Part shown: positions 51,612 through 64,000 of the stretch, in pieces
Numbering within the stretch: the first letter of the stretch is position 1
How the letters are laid out: every line of letters begins with the position of its first letter
Assembly: GCA_010015585.1 (NCBI GenBank)
Contig: ML975159.1
Origin: Eremomyces bilateralis CBS 781.70
Taxonomy: Eukaryota
Length of the DNA stretch: 64,000 nt
Reading direction: 5' to 3' (one strand)
Translations under genes and position numbers: made by a program
The notes under the pieces: generated by a model
Database searches by the model: none
The model's input: only the letters and a program-made list of their open reading frames with translations
Told to the model about the DNA's origin: nothing

Positions 51612-54600
51612 CTAATGCGTCTTCCCCAACCCCTGCAACGTCACCAACTCCGCATACCTCCCCTTCTTCGCCAACAGCTCCGAATGCGTCCCCTGCTCCA
51701 CCACCCTCCCCTGGTCGATCACATAGATCACATCCGCCTTCTGGATTGTGCTCAGCCGATGCGCCACTGCGATTGTCGTCCGCCCCTTCGCCGCCGCGTC
51801 CAATGCCGCCTGCACGACTTTCTCCGACTCGGAGTCCAGCGCACTGGTGGCTTCGTCGAGGAGGAGGATGCGGGGGTTGCGGATCAGCGCGCGAGCGATG
51901 GCGATGCGCTGTTTCTGGCCGCCGGAGAGCAAGGTGCCTTTGCTGCCGCAGACCGTGTTGAAGCCGTCACTGTGGGGTGATGTTAGCATGCCGATTTTTA
52001 TTTATGAAAAGGAATCGATGGGGAAACTTACGGTAAACTCATGACGAATTCGTAGATGTTCGCGTCTTGGCATGCCTTGACGATTTCGTCCTCGGTGACA
52101 TCGGGGTTGTCGGCGCCCAGGAGGATGTTCTCCCGGATCGTGCCTTGGTACAGCGTCGGCTCCTGGCTGACGAGCGCGAGGAAATTCCGGTAGTTGTTGA
52201 TATTCATGCTCGAGATCTCCTTGCCGTCCACGTAAATCCCGCCGACCAACGGGTCGTAGAATCGCTCGAGCAGCGCAATGGTCGTCGACTTGCCGCACCC
52301 GGACGCGCCTACTAAGGCGACGTATTGGCCGGGCTGGACGGTCAGGTTCAACCCGCGAAGGACGGGGGTTTCGGGTCGCGTGGGATATCGGAAATGGACA
52401 TCTCGGAACTCGATGGAGCCGTCGATATTCTTCAACTGCTCCCCATCGGTGGACCACGAGTCGATTGCCGGCGTTCGGTCGAAGAGTCGCTTCATCTCCG
52501 TCGCCGCCTGCTTCGCCTTGCCCATATCCGGCGCGAACGAGAAGATAGTCCCGGCCGACTGCGCGCCGAAGATGACCGCGGTGAACGCCACGAAGAATTG
52601 GAACATGGAATACTCTCCCGTCGCGATCAGCTGCCCGCCGTACCAGAATCCCAGCGCGAAGCACAGGAAGCTCAGGCTCTGCGACGCCGCGTAGAGCGAG
52701 CTGCTCTTCAGCACGCTATTCAGGCTCTTCTGCCCCTGGTCCACGAGCTGTTGGTGGTAGTTCTCCCAGACGTCCGCCTCCCGGGTCAGGGACGCGACGG
52801 TTCGGATTGCGGAGGTCGCCTCGCATGCGTACCCGGCGGACGCCTCGTATGCCTTCTTGGCGCGTGCTTGGAACCGCGCGAGCATCCAGAAGCGGAGGAA
52901 GCCGCAGAAGAGGAGGACGGGGATCGTGGCAGTGCAGACGAGACCGAGCTTCCAGGCGAGGGCGATGGCGAGGGTGGTTGCGGCGATTAGCGTGGTGCTA
53001 ACGAGGAGGATTGTCCCTAGCGTTGAGCCCGAAAGGCCTGCGAGGTGCGTGGTTTCGGTACTGAGGAAGCTCGTCAGCGCGCCCGCGGTGTTCTCATCCT
53101 TGTCGAAGAAGGCGATGTCCTGGCGGAGCATGTTCCGGAACGCCCGGTCGCGGGCGCGGTGCGTCAGTTTTTCGGAGCAGTATGCGAACGTGAGACCGGA
53201 GCCGACGAAGCCGATCAGCTGAACGAAGGCAAGCATCAGATACATTAGGGACCAGAAGTTCACTTCGCTGCGCAGCTCGCCATACTGTGGAGGAGGTAGA
53301 GACAGCGCGGCGATGTTCTTCGCGAAGAAGACGGCTTGGGTGGGATTCCCGCATCCGCTAATAATGGAGAAAATCACACCGGCCACCATCACATGCCATT
53401 CGGGGGCGTTGAACGAAGCCGTAGTCTTGATGAGAACCCACAAGCCGTAGCGCTGCTCTTCCTCCGGTTTCTTCTTCGCCAACTCGACACTCGCTTTGCT
53501 CTTGCCGGTATCGATGCGTCTCAACCGCGCTGGATCGTCGTCATCCGGATCGGCTTCGAACCCCTGGCCGTTCTCGTCGGATCCGCTGGTCCTCATGCCG
53601 AGCTTCTCGCCATTGTATTGGTCGAGGATCGACGCGTCCTCGGATTCGGTTGCGGCGGCGGCATCGGTATCAGCTGCGAGCCTCTGGGCCTCGACGAGGT
53701 TATAGTATGCTCCCTTTGTCTCCAAAAGATCGTCATGTGTTCCTTGTTCAACGATCCTGCCTTCTTGCATGACCACAATATTGTCTGCTGTCTTGATGGT
53801 AGACAAACGATGCGCGATAACGATCGTTGTTCGGCCCTTCGCCGCCGTATCCAATGCCGCTTGTACAACACCTTCGCTTTTGGTGTCGAGAGCCGAGGTT
53901 GCTTCATCGAGAAGCAAGATCTTTGGGTCGCTAACCATGGCCCGAGCAATTGCAATACGTTGCTTCTGACCACCCGAGAGGAGGAACCCTCGCTCTCCGA
54001 CATGCGTCTGATAGCCTTCAGGCAAGTTTGTGATGAAGTCGTGCGCATTCGCCTGTCTCGCCGCCGCCTCAACCAGCTTCGTGGTTTCTTCCTCGCTGAG
54101 ATGCTCATGCGGAGTGCCGAGCAGACCATGCCGGATGTTTCCTTGGATCGTTGTAGCGAAGAGAATGGGTTCTTGCTGGACCAGAGAAACGTGTTGTCGA
54201 AGCCATTTCAGACTCAGATCTTGGACGTTGTGCCCATCGAGAAGCACTTCGCCTCCAACCGGGTCATAGAAGCGCTCTACGAGTCCGACGACTGTACTCT
54301 TCCCAGATCCTGATGCGCCGACGAGTGCAGTCGTCTTTCCGGCCGGAACCATCAAGTTGATGCCGTCCATCACCACCACTTCGGGCCTGGAAGGGTAGAT
54401 ATGCTTGATGTTCCGCAGCTCCACGGTTCCTTCGAAGGTATCAAGTTTCTTGCCCTCGTCCCTCGTGGGGTCAATCGGAGAAACTCGGTCAATGGCACTG
54501 TAGATTTTCTGGGCAGCCGCCACCCCGGTGGTAAATGCCTTCGCATTCGGAGCGACGTTCCCGATCGCGAAAGCGCCAATGATGACCGCGAAGAGGATGG

Positions 54601-55774
54601 TCAGGAGATCCGCGAGGTTCGTCTCTCCAGCGACAAGCAAACGGGAGCCTTCCCAGAACGCCAAACCATAGCTGAGGTAGACGAGCGTCATCATGCCCGC
54701 GACCATGATTCCCAGAACACTCTGCATCTTCTTCCCCCATTTCTCTGCCTCCTGTAGATGTATATCGTACTGCTTCGCGAGTTTATCCTGGGTATTGAAT
54801 GCCGTCGCGTTTCGGATGGAGCTGAGGACTTCCTCCGCAACGGAGCCCCCTTTCGCGTAGGATTCTTGCGCTTTCGTGCTCCATTTAACAATGAACGTCG
54901 ATCCTGCCCCCATAACAGCGACAATCGCAAACACCACGGAGCTCATGATCAAGGTAAGCTTCCAGTATTTGACGAAGCCAATGACGAACGCGGTCAGGAA
55001 GGTCGCAATTGCAGTCAAAGTCAAGCCGACTTTCTCGGAGATTCCATCCTGAACCAAGTTCGTGTCCGCGGTTATACGGGTGGTGATCTCTCCAGCGCCG
55101 AGCATATCGAAGAAGGCGATGTTCTGGCGCAGCATGGCCGCCAGGTAGTGTTCGCGCACCTTCTGTGCGATATGCTCGCCCACGTAGATGAAACCAGCTG
55201 TCGCGATGTAGGTCGCCACGAATTCACCTATGGCGAGATAGACGAAGTAAAGAATCATGCCCCCGAGCTGGCCTTTGAACGCACTCAGGCTTGCGTTCCC
55301 GTTGAAGAAGTCTTGAAATTGCCCAGCGAGTTGTCCGAATATGATCTGCGCGTGCTGTCAGTTTCCCATCTCTACAAGAGCGGTTCTAGGGGAAGGACTC
55401 ACTGTCATCAATGGCAAGGCAGCACCTGCACCAATCGCCATGATGGCGCTGACTACAAGGATGATCAAGTCATTGCGAGTCGCGTAGCGGTACAACGCCG
55501 TATATCCGACCTGGACGTCCGGCGTGTCCAGTTGCCTCTTCAAGATCGCACGTTCGTGGTCCGGGAGATGTTTGAAGGGATCGTTCTCATCTTTAGGGAC
55601 CTCCACTTTAGAATCCAGCTTCGAGAGTGCTAGAGCCTCCCCATCCTGGACAACTGGGGCGGGTGCTTGTGATGCTAGAACCTTTTCAACATCGGCAGTA
55701 GAGTTAGGAGCTGTGGTCTGGTCGTCCACCTCCGATGTTGGTGGTATCTTCTTCTCGTCGCCGATCGCCGACAT
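51612..55774 (-). CDS. mdr1: ABCB/MDR-type multidrug ABC transporter (P-glycoprotein; Mdr1/AtrD-like)
   Basis: TMD-NBD-TMD-NBD layout. Walker A GASGSGKS and GASGCGKS, two [13 protein letters not shown] signatures, [11 protein letters not shown]. Two introns. Confidence 0.96.
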
Positions 55775-58039
55775 GGTCACGTTGGTTCAAGAAGTTGGAA
55801 CAAATGGTATGTATCAAGGACGAGCCCTCGTCCAATCGAATGGAGGAGTGCCCTAAGAAAGGAAAACGAATTCACGTAAAGAGAATAGGAGGCCTGTGTA
55901 AATATGGTTCATCGACATCAATCTCCTGTCATGGCAAAACGGTGAATGGAGATATCAGGACCAACTGATCTTTATGGTGTAATGCTAGGAAGAAGCCCTT
56001 TGATGGTGAGCCCCGCAATGTTCAAGACCTCACCAGCAGCGACAATCGCAATAAAGAGTGAAAGTTGACCGAGTCCTGGATTGAACGTGGAAATATTTCC
56101 TGTGTCAATGATCAAGAAAAAGGAAAAGTTCTGCCTGAAATGAAATATGCATCATGGTGTCAACAGGGTAAATGCGGAAACTGTTCTGGTGAGTGGTGAG
56201 TGGTGAGTCCGTGAGTGAATACGAATTGTGTAACAGTGCAAGGGCCCATCGGCGGTTGTGAAAGACCGATATTCGCCCCGTAGCAGGGAGGCGTGAGCTA
56301 GCCGTCTGTTATCCATACAGACCATTCACAGTACGTACGTAAACGTCGTATTTGCCATATTCGACACTAGTTAGTAGCACTTATTGTCTTGCTTAATCTT
56401 GATTCCAGGCTCCAGCTTTCCCCGTGTCAAATTCCCACCCATCCTCCGGGGATCTGGCCGCCCGCCTCTGTGTGCGGGAGAGGCGTGATTCCAAGCATCG
56501 AGGGTCCAAGGGTCCAAAGACTCCAGGTCCCAGGGAAGTGCGTACTCTGTATTGCTCGGAAGCCATTTGTTGATGCGGCAACTAAAGTCCACAAGGCGAT
56601 GCACAAGCATTGGAAGCTTTTCTGCCTTCCGATTTATGAAAGGTCGGATTTGCCCCTAGCCTGGAATCCAGATGCATAAATGGATAAATTTCGGAACTTG
56701 TTCTCTACGCTGTAACGTCAAACGTGCAAGAGGTACGGAGTACAGTAATTCGATACCTATTATTGGGATACCGGTAGATGACCCTCCGACTGTCCCCCGT
56801 ACTCGGGGTAATATCAATGGATCCCACGAGCACGGAAGCGTCGCCAACCGAGAAAGCCACGTCGAACATTGATGGCTTGAGAGTTGAGAATTGAGATTGG
56901 TATCCTCAGCTCTGGGAATAACTGCAGGATGGAATAGTACAGGTCTCCACTCTCGATGCAAACCTGCGATTTACGAAACGCAGATCCATGACTGCCCTGC
57001 GCGGGTATGCCCCTAGTTGCGAGATGCAAGATGCTTTGCTCAGCGGCTCAACCGTCGTCAGACGGCCGAGAGACCGAGAAGCGGCCACCCGGGACGCCAG
57101 AACAGGCCATCGCCTACGGCTCGCTCCCCCCAGTGCCCACTAAGCCAGAAGGGATCTTTGGGACTCAGGCGTAACCGAGACGCCAACACCATTGAACCCG
57201 ACTGGATAGAGCGACGGGAAGTTTTCTAAATTCATAAATCCAGTGCGACTGATTGAGTCACTGCGCATCTCAAGATTCTCAACCACCCCGATGACTCATC
57301 GAATCGGGATCATCATATAAAATTTCCGACTTGGTGTGACCGTGAACGGAGGTACGTAACAGCAGTTTCCCGTTTGGGAAGGGTGGAATGTTGATCGATT
57401 CGAAACTCGAAAGAGACCGGATGAATAATACTACTGGTTCAGTCGGCCAATGAACACTGTGGAACTGACGTGACGACGGACCTTATGACAGCATCCTCCG
57501 AACCACTTACGGCGCTCAAATGTTGTATTTTGGAATGGTGTACGCAGTATGCACCCTGGATGTATATCTCCAAGCTGGAGAACTGACGCAAACTTGCAAT
57601 TGGTCGTGACGTATGTGGATCTGCTGAGCAGGCAGCACGTCTCCAACCCACGAATAGATATTGAGACCTTGCGTCCTCGTGGGGAGGCGAATCAGAGCAA
57701 GGGAGTATTAGTAGTGTGGTATGCAAGTAGTACTAGTTAGGTGTGGTCAGTGGTGGGACATCTAATGTTGGGAAACTCATTTCCGAAGGTGGATATAACT
57801 CGATGCGATACTGAAAGGGGTTAAGGTCTCGGGCAGCACTCATCTCGTCTTCACTGCACCGATGCAAATATATGGTAAGGATAGTAGTTACCCTCAATAC
57901 CTATGATACCTATGATATCTATGCTAGCTACTTAGTAGCCACGATGGATATGTGTTATCCAGAAGACTAGTTCCTCATGGTTCACTCTGCCCCGCCGACG
58001 AACTGCTCCGAACCCGCCACATGAAAAGCACGTCTCCGA

Positions 58040-60451
58040 TCAGTTCAATCCCAGCTCTTTATAGAACGACTCCGTGCTAGGCTCCCGCCCAAGGAACTCC
58101 CTCAACGACTCCATCTCCTCCCGACTTCCGCCCTTTTCGAGAACCGTATGTCGATATCTCCTTCCTTCCTTTCCGTTCATCGGATCCTTGGCGAAGACGG
58201 AGTGAAACATGTCCGCGCTGTAAACTTGGGAGCTAAACCATGGCGTTAGCGTGGTCGCTCGGGACGCGTTGGGAGGGAGGCGGAACTTACTAGAGATAGC
58301 CGTAGTACCCGGCATCGTAGCCGCCGATCAAGTGTCCGAAGGTTGCTAGATGGTGTTAGAGGTCGGTTCAGAAGGCAGAGGGGGATACTCACATTGGCCG
58401 TTCGCCCAGTTCCACCCCTTCCCATCAACCTCCAGCCCCTGTAGCCTCGCAATCTCGTGCCTCAGCTGATTATACAGCACAGTCGGGTCGAGCTTCACCA
58501 CCTCATCATGGCTCGAGGGCGTATGCACCGTCATATCATAGATCCCAAAGTGCAGCTGGCGCAAATTGAACATCGCCGCATTGACATGCTTCGTCCGCAC
58601 CAACTTCTCCAGCAGCGCATCCGGGATCTGCTCCTCGGGCGCCGCGTTCCCCTTCTCCGCCTCCGGCAGCCCATCCTTCCACGCCGCGGCGAGGTCGGGG
58701 CTCAGGTAGCTGTAGTGCTTGCTGAGGGCCTTCAGCTGTGCGGGGTCCCAGCACCAGTTCTCCAGCATCTGGGAGGGCGCTTCGACGAAGTCGCGCACGG
58801 TGTTGGTGCCGTGGAAACGGGAGTACGTGGTGCGGGAGACGAGGTCGTGGATGCCGTGGCCGAGTTCGTGGAATAGCGTGACGACCTCATCGTGTTGGAG
58901 GAGAGAGGGTTTCTTGGGCGTGGGCTTGCTGAAGTTGCAGACCAGGGCGGTGGCCGGATAGCGGCGGGTGGTGGAGTTGACTTGGAAGCCCTATAGAATG
59001 TGAGTGGGTGAAAAAAGCGATCAGTGTTGTACTTGGGGTGGGACGTACCGGTTGCAGGTTGAAGTTCGCCGCGTGCCCATATTTCCCGTCGCGAGGATGA
59101 AGGTCGAGGTAGAGGTAACCGACGAATTCGCTGCCTTCACCCTCGTCGTCCCAGACGCTGAAAAGCGCGACGTCTTCATGCCAAACAATGTCTTTTCCGT
59201 TGCCGGATGAGCTGACAGCATCTCGGTCTGCTCCGGTCAGTTCGACAAAGACGAGGCCAAAGATCTCTTCGAAGATATGAAGCATCCCACGAATGGTCGT
59301 CTGCAAGGGGAAATAGTCCGCAATCTTCTCGTGGTCGACCTCGTAATCCTTCTCCACCAACAAGCGATCGTAGAATCGGTGATCCCAGAGATAGTAGCGT
59401 CCGTCGAAGGTTTGCGCCTTGCCGCGAGCCTTCAAATCCTCCTCCTTCATTTTCAGCAGCGTAGCGATCTCCTTCAAGCCACCTGGACCTAGACGCTTCC
59501 TCAGATCTCCAAGGAAGTCGTCCACCGTCTTCGTCGTCTTCGCCATCTTGTCCTCGATCCTAAACTGCGCATGATTCTCGTACCCCAGAAGCCTCGCTGC
59601 CTCATCCCGCAGTTCAATCGCCTCTTTGAACAGCGGAACATTGGTGTTGCACTTGTTCTCGTTGTCCACGAAGACCTTCTTGCGCACATCGGGGCTCACG
59701 GCGTACTTGAGCGTGGGGAAGAGATCCGGATACTTGAACGTCAACCGAATTTTGCCCTCATTCTCGCCCGTACCTTTCTCCAGATTATTCACCACATCGG
59801 CCGGGACGCCCTCCAGATCCTGTGGCGTGAACCAAATGCCTCCGTTCTCCTCATTGAGCGTCTTTTGGAATTCAATGCTCAGCTCGCTCAGCCGCTTCTT
59901 GATCTCCTTGAACCGGTCGCGCTTCGGTCCCGCGGGGATGTTCAACCCGTTCCGGACGAAGTTCTTGTGGTCTTTCTCGAGCAACCGGCGGGACTCCGGG
60001 TCGAGCGGCTCGTTCTTCTTGAGCACCGCATCGACAATCTTGAAGACATCTTCGCGCATCGACGACTCGATGCCGAAGTCGTCGAGCATCTTCTCGGCTT
60101 CGGTGCTAGCGTCACGGAGCTCCTTGGAGGTGCTGACCGCCTGGTAGAACCCGATGATGTGCGATTCGAGGGCCATGGTGTTGTCGTCGACGGCCATCGG
60201 GAGGTTGACGTTTCGGAAGGTAGCGCTAGAGGCATCATTGTCCGCGACGACCTTGTCTTGCACGGATTTGGATTGGGCGATCTATCATCATGTCAACCAA
60301 CAATCCCCATGTGATATTGCATGAGGAGCAACATCGCCTCGGAACTCACCAGCCTCTCCGTAACCTTGATCAAACTCTCTGGAGTGGCTGTGAAGGTCGG
60401 CGGAGCCTGCGGCGGCTTGCGATACCGCTCCGGGACCTGTGCCCCCGTCAT
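58040..60451 (-). CDS. prd1: M3A family metallo-oligopeptidase (saccharolysin Prd1 / MepB / thimet oligopeptidase)
   Basis: LYLDLHPRDGKYGHAA, zinc motif FHELGHGIH (~58850-58875), DFVEAPSQMLENWCW, GYDAGYYGYL and FLGREP. Four introns. Confidence 0.95.
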
Positions 60452-61370
60452 GATTCCGGCAGTACTTCCGGGACGATAGCTCGAAAGTGACGACTGTTTC
60501 CCGATGGGGAGCGGGGAGAAGCGGCCCAACAAAGATGTGATACGGGGGGTGAATCGGGATGCCAGGACGAAGATACACGAGAAGAAAAGCAAGAAGATGA
60601 GAGGGACGAGGAATTTCTTTAGACGAGTAGGAGGTCGCTCCTGTTTGCGGGATGTAAACGAAGGTGGTGAGGGGGAGCGAGAGAGTGAAGGGGAGCGAGT
60701 GGGGAGGTTGGAGCGGAGGTGAATGGAGTTGGGGTCGTTTGAGAACGCCAGGATGTGTTTGTTCACTGTCGGGTTTTTATATTTGCATTGGTTTGATGGG
60801 TCTTACTGAAAGGCTAATTGACGGAGCTTTAGTAAGATGGCGGTGAATTGAATTGTCCAGCAGGTTGAAGCTCTCCGTTTGCTGTATTATTACAGACAAC
60901 AGTAGCCAGATCTCACGGGAGGAGTTAATGGTTAGTGGCATTCTTGGCGTCGATCCGTTCTCAGACTATGGAGTGTGGAATTCCATGGATTTAAGGGACC
61001 ATATGACGCCAATTGGCTCTTTTAATTTATCATTGCAGCGACAATAGAAATCACGCCTTTCAGATCTGAAAGCTGTGTCGGCTGAGTCTGGTCGGTTTGA
61101 AAGAGGATGGTATTATTTATTCTCGTCTTCTGAGTGCCGTGAGGCGTAAGGACCGTCTTTTTTACTATATAAAATCCATGAAAATAAACCAATTCAATAG
61201 TTAGAGATACCGAAATCTGGCCAAATTCATACCTGACCACATATGGGTGCCGTGAGACACCTTGCTTCATCATTCGTCAGGGGGCCAGCGTGTATATTCC
61301 TGGAGATTCTTTCGATCGGTCTCGTCATACCGCAGCGATATTCGAAATCCGCTGCCTTTCGCCGTCTTTA

Positions 61371-63299
61371 TTAATTCCCACTCCCTGTGCCACTTCCCGC
61401 ACCCGAAGTACTCAACCCAGGGTCACCGAATGGATCCCTCGTCGAACCAGGACTCGGATACTGCTCCGCACCTCCACCATCACTCCTACAACTTGTCCTA
61501 GTGGAAACCCGTCCGGGAATCGGGCGAGGTAGAATCTCCCCCTCCGCATTGCGCTTATATCCCGCCCCGAACCTGGACATATCCCCTTCCCAGACCGGCA
61601 ACCCTTCAGGAGGCTGCGACTCCCCCTGCGGCTTGCCCTGGGAGAACTCGGCGAGGCACCCGTTGATCCCGGTGAGTGCCCATGCGAAACACGCGATGTC
61701 GCGGATGGCGGTGAAGAAGTCTTGAGGCGGCGGGCCTCCGGCGGTGAGATTTGTAGCCGGGACGCCGGTGAACTGCGGTGTGGGTGGGCTAGGCACAGGG
61801 TGTTTCTGGGCTGTGCCTCTTGGACGGGTGCCCGTCGGCCAGGCTTCGACGGGTCGTGCGTGCGGATAGTTGGCGTACGGGTTGACATTTGATGGAGAGA
61901 ATACGGGGTGAGGGGCCCAGGGGGCGGCGAAGATCCCACTGCTCGGTTCTCCGCTTATTGAAGCAGCCGGTGGAGGCCGTCCGACAGGATCCGGTATTGC
62001 ACTGGTGACTGGCTTTGCGGGGACTGCGGTTCTAAGGTGGTCTAAACCCGTCCGCATATGAATAACTCCTGGGGCCCTCGGTGTCGGTGGTTTGACGCCG
62101 GGGATGAGTGGACGGGCACGGCGGAGAATGACCACGAGGCCGTCAGATGTGCAGGATACGACAGCTTCCAGCTCAACTCCTTCGGAGAACTGTCCCTCTC
62201 CAGTATTGATGTTGTTGCCGGCAGCGGGGCCTGATTCCCGCGTAGTGGAGGGGCCGGACAATGCTCGTTTAGCACCGAGGCTGGATGTACCACTGCTAGT
62301 GCTGTGAGAGCTATCAGACGAAGAGCTAGCTGGTTGTGCACCACATTGGCTACGTTGGACACCGCCGGAGCCTGCCCTCGAAGTTTCTGCATTTGTCTCA
62401 GCATCAGTCGTGGCTTCAGTCGTCTCCGCACCAGTGCCGGCAGTCTCCTGATCAGTTGTGGCAGGATGATCTTCAAGTCTCGGATCACGAAACCAGAACC
62501 GCAAATATGCAATCGAGTCATTCTCTTTGGCCCCTTCAAGGCAGCGAACCGCGTCTCCAAGGCAGTGTTCCTGGATGCAGTAATAGAAGCTCCGACCCTT
62601 CATGTCATCGCTATTTATGCCAACAATCTGCTCGAGCGCGGATGTCGCGTACATGATGGTCAACGTCCGTGTAAATCTGTTGAGGAAAAGCGCCGCTCGC
62701 GGCTCATGAGTCTGCTCGGTTGGACTCAGGTTGAATTTGGCGCTTAAATGGGAAAGCATGTGGTATCTTGGATCTTTGGGATTGCTGGAAAACAGTTTGC
62801 GAACAACAGGGGCACTGGTTGCACGCGCTGAGGAAGATTAGCATATGCTACGTATAGCATAGAGCTCTACACGGCTCAGGGGGCACGCGTGGGTGAGAGG
62901 TTCGAAGGGAAATGACCTTACCATCGCTTCCTGATCCACGGCGGTAGATGCTCGTACAAACAACCATGACATCAAAAACAATGGTGAAGCAGCACTCGCA
63001 GCTGACATAAGCGTCCTCATTGTTTTTGAAGCGACAGTATGCCAATACGGCGGCCTTGTCTAAAGTCACTCCACGCGAGTGGAGGCGGCGGGCTAGAGGG
63101 ACCTCGTCCGGGTGGAAGAATTCCCACATGGGCCGGTGGATAATCTCATCAGGCGTATGACCGAGGATGTCAACGATGGAACCGGAAGCATATAGGACGT
63201 GAGCCTCCGAGCTCAAGTCTGGGTGATGTCAGTATGCAATGTAATTCCGCTCAATTCAAAACTAGGCTTGCCGTGGATGGTGATGCATGTAGTCTCCAT
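61371..63299 (-). CDS. Fungal PAS-domain protein (two PAS folds, no recognisable output domain)
   Basis: METTCITIHD|LSSEAHVLYASGSIVDILGH..WEFFHPDE (PAS), EPRAALFLNRFTRTLTIMYAT..GRSFYYCI (second PAS) and ELEAVVSCTSDGLVVILRRARP. Confidence 0.88.
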
Positions 63300-64000
63300 G
63301 ACGCCTAAGGATTCCGCTGCCTCTACTAATATAGAACGCAACTCCCCGGTATCAACGTTGTTTGAGGCGAAGAAGGTTGTGAAAGTTTAAATGGGATTGT
63401 CACCGTGTAATGATTTCTGTGATATCTGTAACAGAGCCAGAGAAGGTGGACTTCAATGGGACCGGATGAAGGGGACACTGGGTGGGACGCGTACTTATTC
63501 CTGTGGACGTACCATATGGAGAACTGGTGAGTTTGTTATTACAGTTTCTGCGGAACAGTATTTGACATAGGCTGGTGCCAGTACCTTTTGCATAGAGTTC
63601 TCTACGTACTACAGAGAGATCCTCCAACGATGAATGGGTAAGATTGTCGATCAAGGCAGTGGCGGCCCGTGGCGCTTGATAGTGATAGCTCGCTAGCCTT
63701 ACAAGTCAGGGACGAGCCCGGATCGTCGAAAAGACGATGAACGAGGCCAATGGAGATATCCAGAGAATCAGATGCAATAGCTCTGCAGGACGCCCTAATC
63801 GGATTTTCGTCGGGATGATCGTCCCGATGCAGGCAGTACTGCTTTTGGGTCGGCCAGCGGAAAACTGTGTTGGCGCAGTGAAACCTAGTCAATCGTCAAT
63901 TCCTGGTTGAAAATAGGAAGCTATCACATTGTATCAATGACGGAATCGCAAGAATCCTGAGGTCCAGCTGAGGATGCAGGAGGTAAGTATAGCCGCATTA

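Noticed and set aside
52067..55856. Many + strand ORFs overlapping the ABC transporter (and likewise GDI1 and the M3 peptidase)
   Set aside because: Expected antisense open frames caused by high GC3 codon bias.
57895..57930. Short (CCTATGATA)-like tandem repeat
   Set aside because: Only ~3 degenerate copies in a 3' flank, with no spacers or structure. Not CRISPR-like or otherwise interpretable.

Overview
Eukaryotic DNA from a filamentous ascomycete (Pezizomycotina), judged by short GT-AG introns with CTAAC/CTGAC branch points and typical fungal orthologues. Most of the window is gene-dense housekeeping sequence. It holds a GPI-anchored wall protein, an atypical Rho-like GTPase, capping protein alpha, RPS17, Rheb, a modin-like protein, GDI1, MRPL4, NOT2, TIM21, MSP1, an NmrA-like protein, thymidylate synthase, a CHIP E3 ligase, an MDR1-type ABC transporter, an M3 oligopeptidase and a PAS protein. 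The exception is an ~10.5 kb accessory island (~7.3-17.8 kb) between cap1 and rps17. It carries a heavily deleted, stop-ridden non-reducing PKS relic (SAT-KS-AT-ACP-TE, PT domain lost) divergent from a still-open EthD-family gene. It also has two tandem C2H2 zinc-finger genes whose finger exons are missing from the ORF track. Other notable points: an AUG-less 105-codon in-frame extension with a hydrophobic segment upstream of the M3 peptidase, a GC-AG intron, a long N-terminal extension on NOT2, and paired MCB boxes before thymidylate synthase. I found no rRNA, intact tRNA, CRISPR array or recognisable transposon, and no clear evidence of a wholly new system. All family assignments come from motif recognition by eye, not database searches.
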